The notes beneath the pieces were generated by a model. It worked only from the letters and a program-made list of their open reading frames with translations, did not search any database and was not told the origin of the DNA. The position numbers and the translations under genes are program-made. Shown piece by piece: positions 36,638 to 49,261 of a DNA stretch of 64,000 nucleotides; positions within the stretch are counted from its first letter, which is position 1; each line of letters starts with the position of its first letter. The stretch is from Caecitellus pseudoparvulus (taxonomy: Eukaryota; Protista; Bigyra: Bicosoecida), in contig CBFFRQ010000096.1 in assembly GCA_965644315.1 (NCBI GenBank), positions 62,001 through 126,000 of the forward strand, read 5' to 3'.

Positions 36638-38722
36638 ATGGCGAGCAGCTCTGAAGTTGCGGACCAATTTCCGCACCACGTTATTGTTGGGGGAGGTGCG
36701 AGCTTGGAAGGGAGTTTGTCATGACTTGCATGGTGGAACTGAAAATCATGTGTGCTACGCAGGCATAGCTGGTGTTTCTTGTGCTGAGGAGCTCGCTCGA
36801 TTGCGCCCAAAGGATCGCATTACACTGGTGTCTGCCTCCCGGTCTTTGCGTGGGGTGCGTGGCAGCGTTGACAGAGCTCGGGCAGACGCCAAACGTACTA
36901 GCTGTGCGATAGCAGGTTGCAAATGTCGTTCGTGTTACCGACTCGTTGGAGAAGTTTGATGTCGTGGAACGGTGAGGCTGTGCTGCGGGCCAACCCAATG
37001 GACGCAGATTCAGCACACCCTTTTTCCGTTCCTTTGTTTGCCCTGTCCAGGCCTCTTAATTTTCTGGAAGTAGGCCACGGCAATGTGCACTGCATGGAGG
37101 CTGAAGTGGTGGGCGCGGACTTTAAGAACAAGACCGTGGCCTTAGCTGGTATGGCCTGAGGGGCAAATGCGAGATTCCCCTCCGGTGGCATCAACGTTGC
37201 CCATTGCCCTCTTCTCAGGTGGAAAGGAGCTGCGCTTCACCCAGCTTTGTATAGCATGTGGGGCATCCCCTGACGTGATCTTGGAGCACCCTCTTGTCTT
37301 GGGTGTGCGGGACAGTCACAGCATAGAGGAGCTAGCCGCCCGCCTGATCAGTGACTTGCCCGTCCTCGTTGTTGGCAACGGCGCCATCGCGGTGGAGCTG
37401 GTGCACGCAGTGAGTATCAAGGGCTCGACCTTCCTTCCCTTAGCATGTGTGTACTGACCTGTGTCGTTCCCGCCGCGTTGCAGATTTCCACGGCGCCTGT
37501 GCACTGGGCTCTGCGCGAGTCGTACATGGGGCACACTTTCTTCGACGCGTCAGCATCTGACTTCCTCAGCACGCTTCAAAAACCCGTAACGCAAGCAGCA
37601 CAGCCTGCAGACATACCTGCGGCAGCTCCATGCGCACCAGGCGACCGCCCAGGGGCCATGGGTAACGCAGTTGGGCCACAGTGGCTGACGCTCCTGCCCA
37701 GCAAGGGCGGGGTGCAGGCAGGCAGGCAACCCACGCTGCACACTGAGTGCCATGTTGCCGCGATCCGCCAGTTGCAGCCTGTTCCCGGCGCTGCACCGGG
37801 GGCTGTTGGCTCCTGGAGTATTCTCAGCGAACACACCGACCCCACCTCCCTGCCGGATGGCTTGCCCATCGATGGAGGAGAGGCTCCCTTGCAAGTGGCG
37901 CTGAGCGACGGCACGCTGTTGTGTGTTGGTGCGGTGGTGTCTGCGACAGGTGTGAACCCCAACACAGCCTGGTGCGCGGCGGCAGGGCTGCCTTTGGCGC
38001 CTTGTGGAGGGGTCGTGGTCAACAAGTACATGCAGAGCAGCACGCAAGCATCAGTGTTTGCCGCTGGGGATGCTGCGGCAGTGCACTGGCCATCGTCGCC
38101 TGTGTGGTTTCAAATGCGCACTTGGTCCCAGGCCCGCACACAAGGGACCTACGCAGCTTGGTGCATGGGCGGGGCGGTGCCCGACGTGCCCAACTCGCCG
38201 AGCCCGCCGCCCCAGCATCCCCCCGTGTTGCAGCGTCTCGCAGAGATCCATCGACAGCTGGATGCAGGCCTGATTGTGGACGATGAGGATGACTTGCTGG
38301 TTGGAGGGGGCGCCTTCGACGTGTTTGCGCACATGACGACGCTGCAAGGCTTGAAGGTGGTGCTGCTGGGCCTGTACAATGGCCAGGGTCTGGGCGATGA
38401 GTACCAGCACGCGATCCAGAACGCTTCCACGGCAAGTGATGGGTCTATCGGGGGCGTCACAGGCCTGAAGAAGTGCTCTCCTGGTGCGGCTCAGGGGGGC
38501 GCGGGGCCCCCACCAGCAGTACAGGTGCTGTACCGCAGCACGCCTGGTGTCGAGTACGTGAAGCTGGTCCTCGTCTCAGGGCGAGTGGTGGGTGCCATGC
38601 TCTTGGGAGACACAGATCTGGAGGAGACAGCAGAGAACTTGATTCAGTCCAGGCTGAATGTCGGTGCGTTGGGCTTGGACTTGCTGCACGCAGACCTGGA
38701 CCTTGAGGACTTCTTCGACTAG
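36638..38722 (+). CDS. PYROXD1: Pyridine nucleotide-disulfide oxidoreductase domain protein 1, about 6 exons
   Basis: Spliced HVIVGG|GIAGVSCAEEL, LGVRDS, VVGNGAIAVELVH, GNAVGPQW, WFQMRTWSQAR, and the characteristic C-terminus DLDLEDFFD. Confidence 0.9.
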
Positions 38723-38741
38723 CTGCATTGAGGAGGGCGAC

Positions 38742-40527
38742 TCACAGGCCATGCCTGCCGCGGTGGTCTCGGCTGCCATACGACCCCACCCCTGCTTGGG
38801 GATGCAGGCCTTGTCCAGGGGGGGTGTCGTACCGCGCCGCGTCATCGAACACCCTGTCCGCGTGCCTGTCCGCGAAGCTGCGGCTCGTGAAGCCGCTGTT
38901 GGCCAGCCCTGCACCGCTCATGTCTCTGGAGCTGGGGCGCGTGGACGGTCCACTGTCTGTGGAGCTGCCCCGGCCACCGCTAGGCATGCCTAAGTGGCTG
39001 TCCTGCGTGAACTGGTGGCGAGCTGGGAGGCCCGGGTGGTCCATGCCGCTTCCCACGTACATGCCGTGGTGTGCCGACACCCCCCCCTCATCCAGCGGCA
39101 TGCCGCCCATGCCAGTCTGCGCCATGATGGCCTGCTGTTGCAAGTACGCTTCATAGGCATCGTGGAAGCTGCCAGCGCCGGAGGGTGTCGAGGCAAGCGT
39201 GCGCCCACCCCGCATGGTTCCGAAGGTGGAGGCGCCCAGACTGGCGTCCTGCTCTTGTGCCGTGCGGGCATGGGAGGAGGAGCCCCCCCCGTTGGGAATC
39301 TCATACCCCGTGGACACTCGGTCGTCTGCGTCTGGGAGCTGAGCGTAGTCCGCATGGGGGGCTGCAGCAGTGAAGGTCTCTGACAGACCAGCCGAGTCGC
39401 CCGTTCCCAGCAGGCTAGCGACCAGCGGCCCCCTGTCCACAGCTGTCTCATCGTCACTGTCACTGACATCGCCGACGTTGCCATCGCCGCCTTGCATGGC
39501 TTGGATGGCGCCAAAGACGCCGATGGCTGGTGCAGCGGCGGCGGTGGAGGCCTGCCCCACCCGCCCTGCCGCAATGGTGGCCAGCAGCAGCACAATGGGC
39601 AGCACCTCCCACCACAGGTAGGCAGAGACAAAAATTGCCACATCTTCGGTGCTGGCCTGCCCACCCGTGGAGATGGTCACAGCGCCAGCAGCTGTGACGA
39701 CGTCGAACACCGCTCTGGACACGAAGACGACGAAAAGCACCACGACAACTGCCGCCACAGACGTTGGCCGCATCATGAACATGCGGGAATACTGCTGTGG
39801 CTCCAGGTGCAAGACATGGTACGTCACCCACGCGAAAGCGCTGGCAAGGAATCCAAAGATGATGCCAGACACCCACTGCTGCTGTTGCTGCACCGCGGTT
39901 CCCTCATTGTTTGAGTTCGCACCAAGCAGGGTGCTGACGAGGAGTGCAAGGCACAGAATGCCATACACAATGCGTGTCGGTAGTTTCCACGTTGCCCGCC
40001 ACGTGGAGCGCTTGATGACCTGCGCAGCGCCGGCACGCAGTGATGAGCTGAGCCACAGGCGGCGGAAGCGAGCCTGGCCTCACCTTGATCCAGAAGACAA
40101 CCAGCAGTCCAAACGTCGCAAACTGCACTGACTGAGGGACAAAGTGCACGATGCTGTAGCCGTAGTGCTTTGGATCAAAGGGGGTGAAGATGCTGATCCA
40201 ATTCAGCACGCGCAGCGTGGACCTGGGAGTGGGGAAGGGGGGGTGGGCAACGTAATGTGCAGTGCACAAGGAGGACCGCCCGCATCACGCGCCGTTGCAG
40301 CCGGCCGCGAAGAAAGCAACGACTGAGCGAGGGCCCCCACTTAGAGCGGCACATGTTCCATTCATGCCGACGCACCAGAGCATGGTAAAGACGTTGAAGC
40401 CCATCTTGAAAGAAGTCTTGCGGTGCCGCTGGGCAACCAGCACAAACACTTGAAATGTGACATACGCAAAGATGAGGCCGTACACCACGGTGAAGCCCAT
40501 AGCGGCTCCATTTACCGCCTTGGCCAT
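38742..40527 (-). CDS. GPR137/TM7SF1 (THH1/TOM1)-like multi-pass membrane protein, 3 exons
   Basis: About 7 hydrophobic segments, RHRKTSFK, LW|STLR, HFVPQSVQFATFGLL, LWWEVLP, and a long disordered tail. Predicted introns 40223-40375 and 40020-40083. Confidence 0.7.
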
Positions 40528-40719
40528 GGTGCCGCTGAGCTCTTGCCGAGCTTGGCCCGCACCACAGCCCACTGGAAGAGCCCCAGGGCCGTGCGGAAAT
40601 TGCTTCCACGCCCAGGCGCCGTTGGTCTCAGTGTGCAAGCTTGGGATGCTGATGGCAGCCGTGGTAGGCACGGAGTACCGTGGACTACGAAGGGATAGAT
40701 TTTTGTTGAAGTGTTGGGC

Positions 40720-43543
40720 TCACTCTTTGCTCTCGGAGGGCCCATACCTCTCCTCATGATCGGCGACCTTTCCCTCCTCCACCATGTGCTGCACCTGGCT
40801 TCGAAGCGAATGGCAGACAGACAGACAATCCGCACGGTCAGACACACAGTCATCGCCTTCTTTGGCCTCTTCCTGTTCAGAACAAATGCTGCCCAGGGTG
40901 TGCAGCATGGACAGCGCCTCCTCGTCTGTGAGGCGTTCGTGCCCTGGCCGAGCCGCCTCCCAGCCCAGCAAGAAGTTATGCAAGGCCTGAGCAGCAAGCC
41001 TAGACAAGTGCAAGTCTCCACCCCAAAAGGCTTGGTCCACCACACGCACAAGCACCTCCAGAAGGGGGGAGCCAGGCCCGCCACCAGCATCCTCCAGCAC
41101 CGTGGAGGCCAACGCCACCTTACCGCAGGGTTCTTGCGCAAGGTTCATGAGCAGGCCGCACCCAGCCACGGCAGCTCTGCGCTGCGGGTGGTGCAGCAAA
41201 CCAGCCGCCGCTGCAGTCAAGCCTGACTCAGGCTCTGCTAGCGCTGCCCGGCAGGCCGCGCTCCTGCACAGGTTGCCGGCGGCTTGAGCTGCGAGCACCG
41301 CAAGATCCGCGGATGGGTCCAGCATGAGTGACGCAAGTACGGGCGGCAAGTCGCGACACACCGCATGCAGGCCTGGGGTGCCCTCGGTTCCGGCGAAGAA
41401 GGCCACGTTGAGGAGAGCGGAGAGGGCGTTAAAGGTGAGCTCGTCCAGAGCCTCGGGCACGGGCGGCGCTGCCAACTGCAGAATGGAGAGGAGACCTCTG
41501 AAGATGTCTGCATCGCACAGCAGCCCCTCAGCAGCTACTTGATGCATGCCGACATGAGCCAACAGCCGGTATGCCTTCACCAGCACGTCCAAGGAAGCTT
41601 TGGCGGGGGCAGGCAGAGCTCCTGTGCGCGCTGCTGATGCGTTGGCAGCGACAACGGAGCAGTGAACGGCCACCACCCTGGAAACGCAAGAAAAGAAACT
41701 AGCACTGGCTCCAACGTATCCTCGAAGCGCTTGAGACTCGCCTGTCAGGTTTCCCAGAGCAAACAGCACGCGCACAGCAGTCGCGGTTGGCACGGCCTGC
41801 CCCCCATCCAGGCACTGCATCAGCGCATCCGTGTAGCTGGCGTGATCTTCGAATCGCTCAACGCACGCAGCATTCATGGTCACTTTGCCGACGACCCGCA
41901 CAGTGTTCAGGACCACTTCCTCGTGGCTTTGCACGAGCGGCAACAGGGACATGAGGGAATCCACGACGCCCTTGGCGGCCAGCCGGGGCAGGTGTTTCGA
42001 GACCAATGCCAGATTGCGCACCGCGCCAGTGACTTGAACAGCCAACTGGGCAAGGTGGCGCGGAGGTGGGTGGCCATCGCAGTGCTGGAGCACGCCCAGT
42101 AACAAGGACCCAGCCAAGCGGCAGGCGCCTTGACTACCCAGCCACTCAGAGTTCGACGTGGAGTTGCTGACATTCTTAAGGATGCCGACCAGGTAAATGA
42201 GCTCAGAGGCTGTCGCAGGGCAGGCGGAAAAATCAAAAGCGGCTGGAGCTCCGGCAACGATCGGCTCAGCGGAGTGTGTGTTGGGAACCCCTGAGCCGAG
42301 CACTTCCAGCAGACAGCCCAAGACACCACTTGCTCGGAAGGCGTCATCTAGGGAAGCCTTCTTGGATGCCACGAAGAGGTGCCTAGCAGCCACCGCCGAC
42401 GCGGCTCTCACTGGGTCTTGCTCCTCCGCCCCACCTGCAGCAGGGACGGGGCCGGGCCGGGTTTTTGTAGGGGAGCACAGGGCATGTTTATGAGGCTCGA
42501 TCTCGGCAGCGGGTACGGCAGCAAGAGCCACAATGCAGTGGGAAAGGTGCATGCGGGACTCAAGAGTTGCGTGATCCAGTGGCGCCACCAGTCGGCGCAC
42601 AAGCCGCCGACGAAGCGTCAGCGCGCCCTCCACAACCAGCCGAGCCTCTTGAACGAGCGCGCCGTCCGGGTCCATCGACCGAATAGCAACGGCCGCTGCT
42701 GTGATGGCTGCCGCCAAGCTCAGAGCCGAGCTGGCTAGCTGTTTGCAAGCGGTGATGCCAGCCTGCTCAACTGTCGTGGCAGCCACAGCAGGCGTCGTGG
42801 TGGTGGGAAGGGGGAGCAGGGGAGCCCACGCCTGCTCCAACTGATCCAGCAGCCCAAACATACCCTCACATACCAAGTTCAGGGAATACAGCGCAGAGGG
42901 GAGGGGTGGTGGCGCCCCAGTGGTGGCTTCCGTTGCCCCCACCGCAGTTGCAAAGCGCGCCGCCACCTCAGCTTCCACATCCACGGCGGTGCCAGGCTCT
43001 GAGTGTGGCTCAGGTGGCAGCTCGCTCAAACTGGCCAGGACTGCTTGCGAGTATGCATCCAGGCCATCTTCTCCGCTGCTCTCATCACTGTGATCTGCAG
43101 GCGATTGGTCGCCGCGCAGTGTGCCCTCATCGCGGCCAAGCCGTTCCCCAGCACCAGCTCGGGCAGCAGACTGAGGGGCAGTGCTGCCCCATCCCCAATC
43201 AGACACCGGCCCTGATGGAATGCCCCCTGCGCCCCCTGGCTCTCGGCTGGCCAGCCGGGACTGCAGACCTGAGGAAGAGTCTGTGGAGGACCAGCTGGAA
43301 GCTGGCCGCCCTGCTGCAGTGTAATCAGAGCCGCCAAACAACTGGCGTGGGTCCCGGGGAGTGAAGGGCCTTTCAGTGGTCAGGGCACCACTTGCCTCTT
43401 TCCTTGCCTGCAGGGCAGCACGCAGATTCGTTGCGGAGTGGCAAGCAGCACAACTAGCGTTTCGCCGAGGGGAGGCTCACCTCAGCCAAGACCTCAGCGA
43501 TGGTGCCCTTGCCTCCACTGAAGAACGGATCATCAGCTGCCAT
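40720..43543 (-). CDS. ARMC2: Armadillo repeat-containing protein 2 (radial-spoke IFT adaptor family), 2 exons
   Basis: N-terminal TIAEVLAE|AR..RPFTPRDPRQLFG and ARM motifs VQVTGAVRNL, VRVLFALGNLT, DVLVKAYRLLA, GCGLLMNL, LAAQALHNF. Predicted intron 43408-43480. Confidence 0.85.
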
Positions 43544-43752
43544 TGCATGGAACGTGTGTTTTGGTTACACTTCCGACCGCTGGGCTTGTACCTTTCTTCG
43601 CCAAAGCAGCGGCTGGAGGATGGGGAGGCTTGCTGGGTGGGCAAGCGAAACGCTCGTTGCAGCTGCCACACCCGTTGGGCACCCAAGCAGCGACCAGAGC
43701 CGGGAGGCAAGGCGCACGATGTCATAAATTAGTGTGCACGGAAAGAGGCGGT

Positions 43753-46700
43753 TCAGAAGGATGTGTCTGCTCCTGACTCGTGCTCCTCCCCATCAGTGCC
43801 GCTGCTGTCTGATGCTGAATCAGAAGACCGCAGCTCTGCTGCTGCGTCAGCCAGTGGGCCTGGCGGAGATGCAGTCAAACCCAAGCTCATCCCCCCGGCC
43901 AACGGAGAGAAGGCAGTGTCCATGTCCAGAAGCCCCCCAAATGCACCCATTCCCCCGAATGCGAGGGAGTTGAAGCCAGGCCCACCCGCCAGTGGCTGGT
44001 CAAAGGCAGCGGGGCCAGGACCCATCAGGCCACTGTCCCAGGCAGCCCCACCCAGTGGTGCCAGAGGCGAACTGGTTGCTGTGTGTGGCCCGGCAGACGG
44101 CAGGGAAAAAGGCAGCGAGGCACTGTCGGGCGGGAGGAGTCCCACAGACGTACCAGTGCCAGGAGCTGATGAGTCGGGCTCCAAGTCCTCCACTGACGGA
44201 ATGGACAGCTGCACCGTCGCAGGGTCGAAAGAAAGCGCGTCAGAGCTGCTGTCCTGGTCAGATGCAGCCGAGAAGGAGCGAGTTGCAGCGGACAGCTTCC
44301 GGGACCGAACGTCAGGCGAGGGGGGCGGCAAGTCATCCTCAGTCAACAGGCCAGCCAGGAGCAGGGCCTGCGCAGGAGATTGCCCTTCGTCAAGTAGCGC
44401 AGCCGCTTCTGACGCCTCCACCACACCATTGGAAGCTTCTCCCTGGAGCCACGTGAGGAGTTCTTCGTCAGCCTCTGGCTGCCCAGCAAAGCGCACCAGC
44501 AGCGCCATCCGTTGGCTGTCTGGAGCAGTACCCCGGTCCACCGAAGCATCGGTGTGCGAATCTGCCCCAAGTGAGCCCACACTTTCCGTCAGAGCAGCAG
44601 GCGGTGCTGCTTCTCCGGCGTCTAGGTTGGAAACACCAACCGGTACACTGGACTGAGAGCCAGCGTCTGCCTGCGTCCCGGACGGCTCATGCTCAGCATC
44701 AGGCGTCGGGGCCTCTTCGTTGGCAGGAACTTCAACAGTTGAATCTGGGATGCCAATCGGGAGCAGCGCAGGGCTGGTATCCACTGAAATGTGGCTGCTG
44801 CCTGGGCCAGGGGAACCACCCGAAGCAGGGGAGCCATCAGAGGCCTCTGACAGTGAGCGGGGAGGGGTGCCGCCATCGCCCTGCTCCAGGATTGCCAAGC
44901 CATCAAGGCTGCCGCCGCTCACGGCACTGCCACCGGAGGGTGCGCGGGAGCGCGACCGGCGTGCTCCTCGCCGGCGGCGACGCTTTTTGCCAGTGCCAGT
45001 GCTGGGGGACGCTTGGGGAGCCTTAGCGCCCACTGTGTCATTGGATAGCACTGCCGCGGGCTCTTTAGGGGGTGGTGCCGTGTCGGAGTCGGCTGGGGTC
45101 GGTGCTGGCTCTGGAGCCGCGGCAGGGGAGGGAGCGGGGTGCTTGACCCGTTGCGCTTTCAGTGTGTTCAAAGCACCTTGTGCGCTACGGACGATCCCAG
45201 GCCAAGCAGGCATAGCCAATACTACAAGACCCACCGCGGCAACGGCTGCAATGAGGAACATGGCCAGGAGCGAAGCGGCCCTGTCCTCGTCCACAGCACC
45301 TTCCGAGGTGCCCGAGCCCAGCAAGTGCTGGATGCCAGCAGACAGCCATGGCGGGGTGGACCCTGACCTTCCAGACGCAGGCTGGATCAAGTTATCGCCA
45401 GCAGACGGGGACTCTCGGATGCTACCCTGCAGGGATGCAAAGGCCTCTGCGGGGGAGTCCGCAACGGGTGGGGCAGCAGGCGTCGGGACGTGGTTGGCAG
45501 CCACGCCCATGGGCTGGCTAGCGCTGCCCCCGGACTTGCCCTCCAGACCACCAATGAGTCGAGTCGCAGAGGGCCCGCGCAGGGGCTGAGGAGTAGCCTG
45601 CTTGGTGTTGTGCCAGGTGTGCTCACTGGCATGCTGCATGCCATGGAGCAAGCCCTGCTCCACCTCCGGCGGCAGGAATGAGAAGGCGTGCTCAGATTCC
45701 TCCAGGCGCGAGGCATCTTGCATGAGAGTCTTGAGAAGTGTGAGGGAGTGCTCCCACTCGTCTGCATCACTACAGCCGTCCTTTGAGAGGTCCAGCTTCG
45801 GCACGCCTGGAATGCCAGCGAGTGCACGCTTCGGAGGGAGGTCTGCCTGCAAAGCTTGCAAGGCTTTGGAGCCTTCTCCCAGCATGTGTGTGGAGGGGTG
45901 CTGCTCGGGCTTTCCGAGAGGCGCCCCAGAAGGCTGCTTGGAGTCTTTCGTGAGCACTGCAGACAGCCGCTTCAACAGAGCATGCAGCTCCGCCTTCGCA
46001 TCTGCGGCAGACATGGGCTTTGAGTCACCTGCTTCGTCACCATGAGTAAGCTGCACATCATGCTGGTGGTGGGTTGTACCGCTGTCGCGTCGAGGAGGAG
46101 GAGGAGGCGTGGGGGGGCGCTGTTCGGGGAGGGTCACTGGTGTCGCTCTACGTGGTTTCTCGGCCAACGCCCCTGGCACGCCCAGCGAGCCCGGAGCTGG
46201 CTCCAGGATGCGCAGGGCAGAGGCGATAGCGTCGCGAAAGGAATCTAGTTCTGAATGCTGAAGGGGGCTGGTGGCGAGTGAGTCCTCGACGGGTGAGTGG
46301 CCGGCTCGAAGCTGCGGCCAAGTGTTTGCCTGGACGTGGTGCAGCCACTGTGTCCTCTCTGCCTGAACGGCTGGGCTGGCCCAACCAACATTGGCAAAGT
46401 GGGCGGCGCTCTCAGTCCCAACAGCCAGCAGAGCACAGGCGGCCAAGTACGCTGGCAGCGACAGGCGAGGCGACAGCGGCAACTTGCGGGCCGAGACTGC
46501 AGCGGCGGTGCCAGCGGCAGCGGCAAGCAGCAAGGCACAGCGCAAGACTTGTACCATGCTTCGAAGCAAGAAGACATTGTTCCAAAGCATGTGGGCGATG
46601 GACATGCCAGCCAAGTGTGCTTCCTGCGACGGGCGTTGTGCGGAGCAGTGCCGGACAGGGCGTTTCAAGTGCAGTGCACCTGGGCCTGGCAGGCTGAGCA

Positions 46701-47339
46701 GCACGTACGAGCTCAGAGCAGGCAAAGAGGGCCATGACAAAGCCCTTGTCCTTCGTGCACAGCTTCCGTCTATGAACGCCACTCAGTGCAAGCACTGCAG
46801 CAATGCGCGCTGCCCAAACGTGCGTTGCTGCGCCGATCGGGAAAGCTGAGAAGCCAGCAGCTGAAGCAATGAGAGACGCCGCAGCGGCAGCCGCGAACGC
46901 TTTGGTGGACCAGAGAGACTCTGACGGGCTTTTGTCTGACCAAAGATGCCGCAGCTTGTGCACGATGGCGAGAAACCTGCGTCAGGCGAGGAAGCACTGA
47001 TGTGACAACACTTGAAACGCAAGCGTGTCTGCTGTGGAGCCTGCTCTCCAAGGCCGCCCGCGCGTGGCGGATGGCGACTCACTTTGCTGTGCAGTACACG
47101 CCTGCTACAGTGAACCAAAGCATGTACGAAAGGAAGAAGCGCAAGTCGCCTCCTGTCGCTGAGACGTAGCGACAAGCGCAGCCGAGGAGGGACACGTAGA
47201 GCACGAGAGCAGCCAGGGGCCAGGTGGGCACGTCTGGCTCAGACTCGTCGCTCTCGCCTGAAAAGTGCACGGGAGCCGCTATGCGAGTGGAAACTGCCTT
47301 GGGCTTGCGCTCCTTCTTGCTCGGGCTTCGCCGTGCCAT
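43753..47339 (-). CDS. Hypothetical membrane protein, about 3 exons
   Basis: ORFs 47079..47339, 46412..46963 and 43753..46782 can be joined with GTGAGT and GTACGT donors (first intron 46977-47082). Several N-terminal hydrophobic segments, one later TM segment (LLAMFLIAAVAAVGLVVL), and a low-complexity tail with a KKRRRRR patch. Confidence 0.6.
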
Positions 47340-47748
47340 TCCTGAACGCCTTCAATACTGCTTCCTTGACACCCACGTGTGCTGCGGGTGACAACAGCCG
47401 CAGCTGTGTTCTCGCAGAAGCCTAAGCACGGTGCTCAGCGCACAGTGTGGCAATGCAATGTGTTTGCCTTTCTCAATGACAAGCGATGTTCTAGTTGCAG
47501 TTTGTTTGTGTCATGGGAGTGTCACTGTCCAGCAGAGGCAAGAGTGGCTGCGGAAATCGAAACGGCAGCACAAGCATTTTCGTGCACCACGTCACCTTGC
47601 AAGCGATCGTTTCAGGCCAACACAAATTTTCGCCACAAACAATGCCCATGCACAGAATAGTACCCTGACTCCCGGCTTGGTTTCCCAACGCCTGGATTTA
47701 CCCAGCAGCAGGGCCAAGAGGCAGTCTGAGCAACGATCACGGCACACC

Positions 47749-48645
47749 ATGCCAACCATGGTCAGCCTTGGGCCACTGGGGGAGGTGTCAACCAACGAGT
47801 TGATGCTGCTGGCTTTTTTCACACTTGCTACACTCGCATTCCTGTACTACATGTACAAGGTTGTCGGTGGGTGCCGCTGCTCGGTCGCCACCTGGCACTT
47901 GGCGTTTCACATCACTCGCTGCTGTGTGCTGCACGGTGCCTCCTTGCCTCTCCCGCTTTCAGTGGAGTACCAGAACATGGATCCCGAGGACTTTGCTGAT
48001 GATGAACCCCAGGAGTCATACCAAGACTTCACGAAAGCGGGTGCGTGGAGCGGCAGCCTTGCCTTCCGCTCGCCCGGACCTGTTTCGCATGCCCCAGCAA
48101 CCTGGCACCTCTCCCGCGCTTCAGAGCTGAAAGAGTTCAATGGAGCTGACGGCAAGGGAATTCTGATCGGCGTCATGGGCATTGTCTTCGATTGCTCCTC
48201 TGGTGCTGACTTCTACGGCCCTGGCGGAGCGTATCACGCCTTTGCCGGGCAGGATGCCACCTTGGGCCTGGCCAGCATGGAAGTGGACCCCGCCAACTGG
48301 CCCAAGCGCGCCAGTCGCGATGACCTCACAGCCCAGGAAGAGGACACACTGAATTCTTGGATTCAGAAGTTCGAGGAGAAGTACCCCGTGGTGGGATTCT
48401 TGACTGATGGCTTCGAAGGGCGCTCCACGGAAGCCGTCATGGAGATCTTGCGCCAGCAGGAGCTGGAGGAAGAGTCACAGGAGGAGGGGGCCGACGCGAC
48501 CCTTGTAGAGTCAGGGGATGTGGATGGGGAGGATGAGGGTGGCTTGCGCCACCGTGCAGCGGGGTCAGGCGACGCAGGCGCTGCCGGAGGCGAGCCTGAG
48601 CAACACCGTTCGAAGGCTGCCGAGGAGCACGAGAAGGCGGACTGA
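47749..48645 (+). CDS. Membrane-associated progesterone receptor family (cytochrome b5-like heme/steroid-binding), 3 exons
   Basis: N-terminal TM segment and motif FTKA|ELKEFNG..ILIGVMGIVFDCSSGADFYGPGGAYHAFAGQDAT..W..KFEEKYPVVG. Predicted introns 47867-47962 and 48041-48124. Confidence 0.9.
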   Translation: MPTMVSLGPLGEVSTNELMLLAFFTLATLAFLYYMYKVVGGCRCSVATWHLAFHITRCCVLHGASLPLPLSVEYQNMDPEDFADDEPQESYQDFTKAGAWSGSLAFRSPGPVSHAPATWHLSRASELKEFNGADGKGILIGVMGIVFDCSSGADFYGPGGAYHAFAGQDATLGLASMEVDPANWPKRASRDDLTAQEEDTLNSWIQKFEEKYPVVGFLTDGFEGRSTEAVMEILRQQELEEESQEEGADATLVESGDVDGEDEGGLRHRAAGSGDAGAAGGEPEQHRSKAAEEHEKAD

Positions 48646-49261
48646 AAGGAATGAATGCAAGGTTGCAGTGCCCCGCTTGACAGGCCGATGTGCGGATTCG
48701 TGTGAGGCCTCGCACGTGCCCGGTCCTGCCGCCTCTCGCCCAGCTCGGACACGGCAGGGGATGCCAGCGCGGGTGCCTTCGTCAGAGGGGTCTACACAGA
48801 GTCGCCGAAGGGGCATGCTCCTCACCACACGCAACTGGCCCTCAAGCAACACTTCCAAAACACCCCCACTCCCCGCTGCTGCTCGTGCGCCCCTTACCCA
48901 CGCATACAGTCACCCCTTGGCTTTGACCTTCACAAGGCAGACCACGTGGGTTGCGTCTGTTGCGAGCGATCGAGGTTCAGCGCAGAACGTCTGTACGTCT
49001 GGGCTTCCACCAGGTGCCACACCAGTGAATTCGAAGACCCGGGTTTACACACACTTTCTTCTTCTTCATGTGCGTGTTTGCACGCGTATGCGGCGCTTGG
49101 GCACTGCGAGCGCCCCGGTTCTGTGTTTTTGCGGAATTCTCGGTGGACGGCGCTGCCGCTCCTGCCGACTCGAATCCAGAACTTTTGCGAGCGCTCGCCA
49201 TTGCGGCCTGCTCTGTGCAGAGGAGCCTTGGAGTGACTTGTGCTGCCTTGCCTCTCGCAGA

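Noticed and set aside
43330-43410. Apparent frameshift or non-ATG start at the ARMC2 5' end
   Set aside because: The frame is continuous through RPFTPRDPRQLFG, and an upstream ATG exon (43481-43543) explains it.
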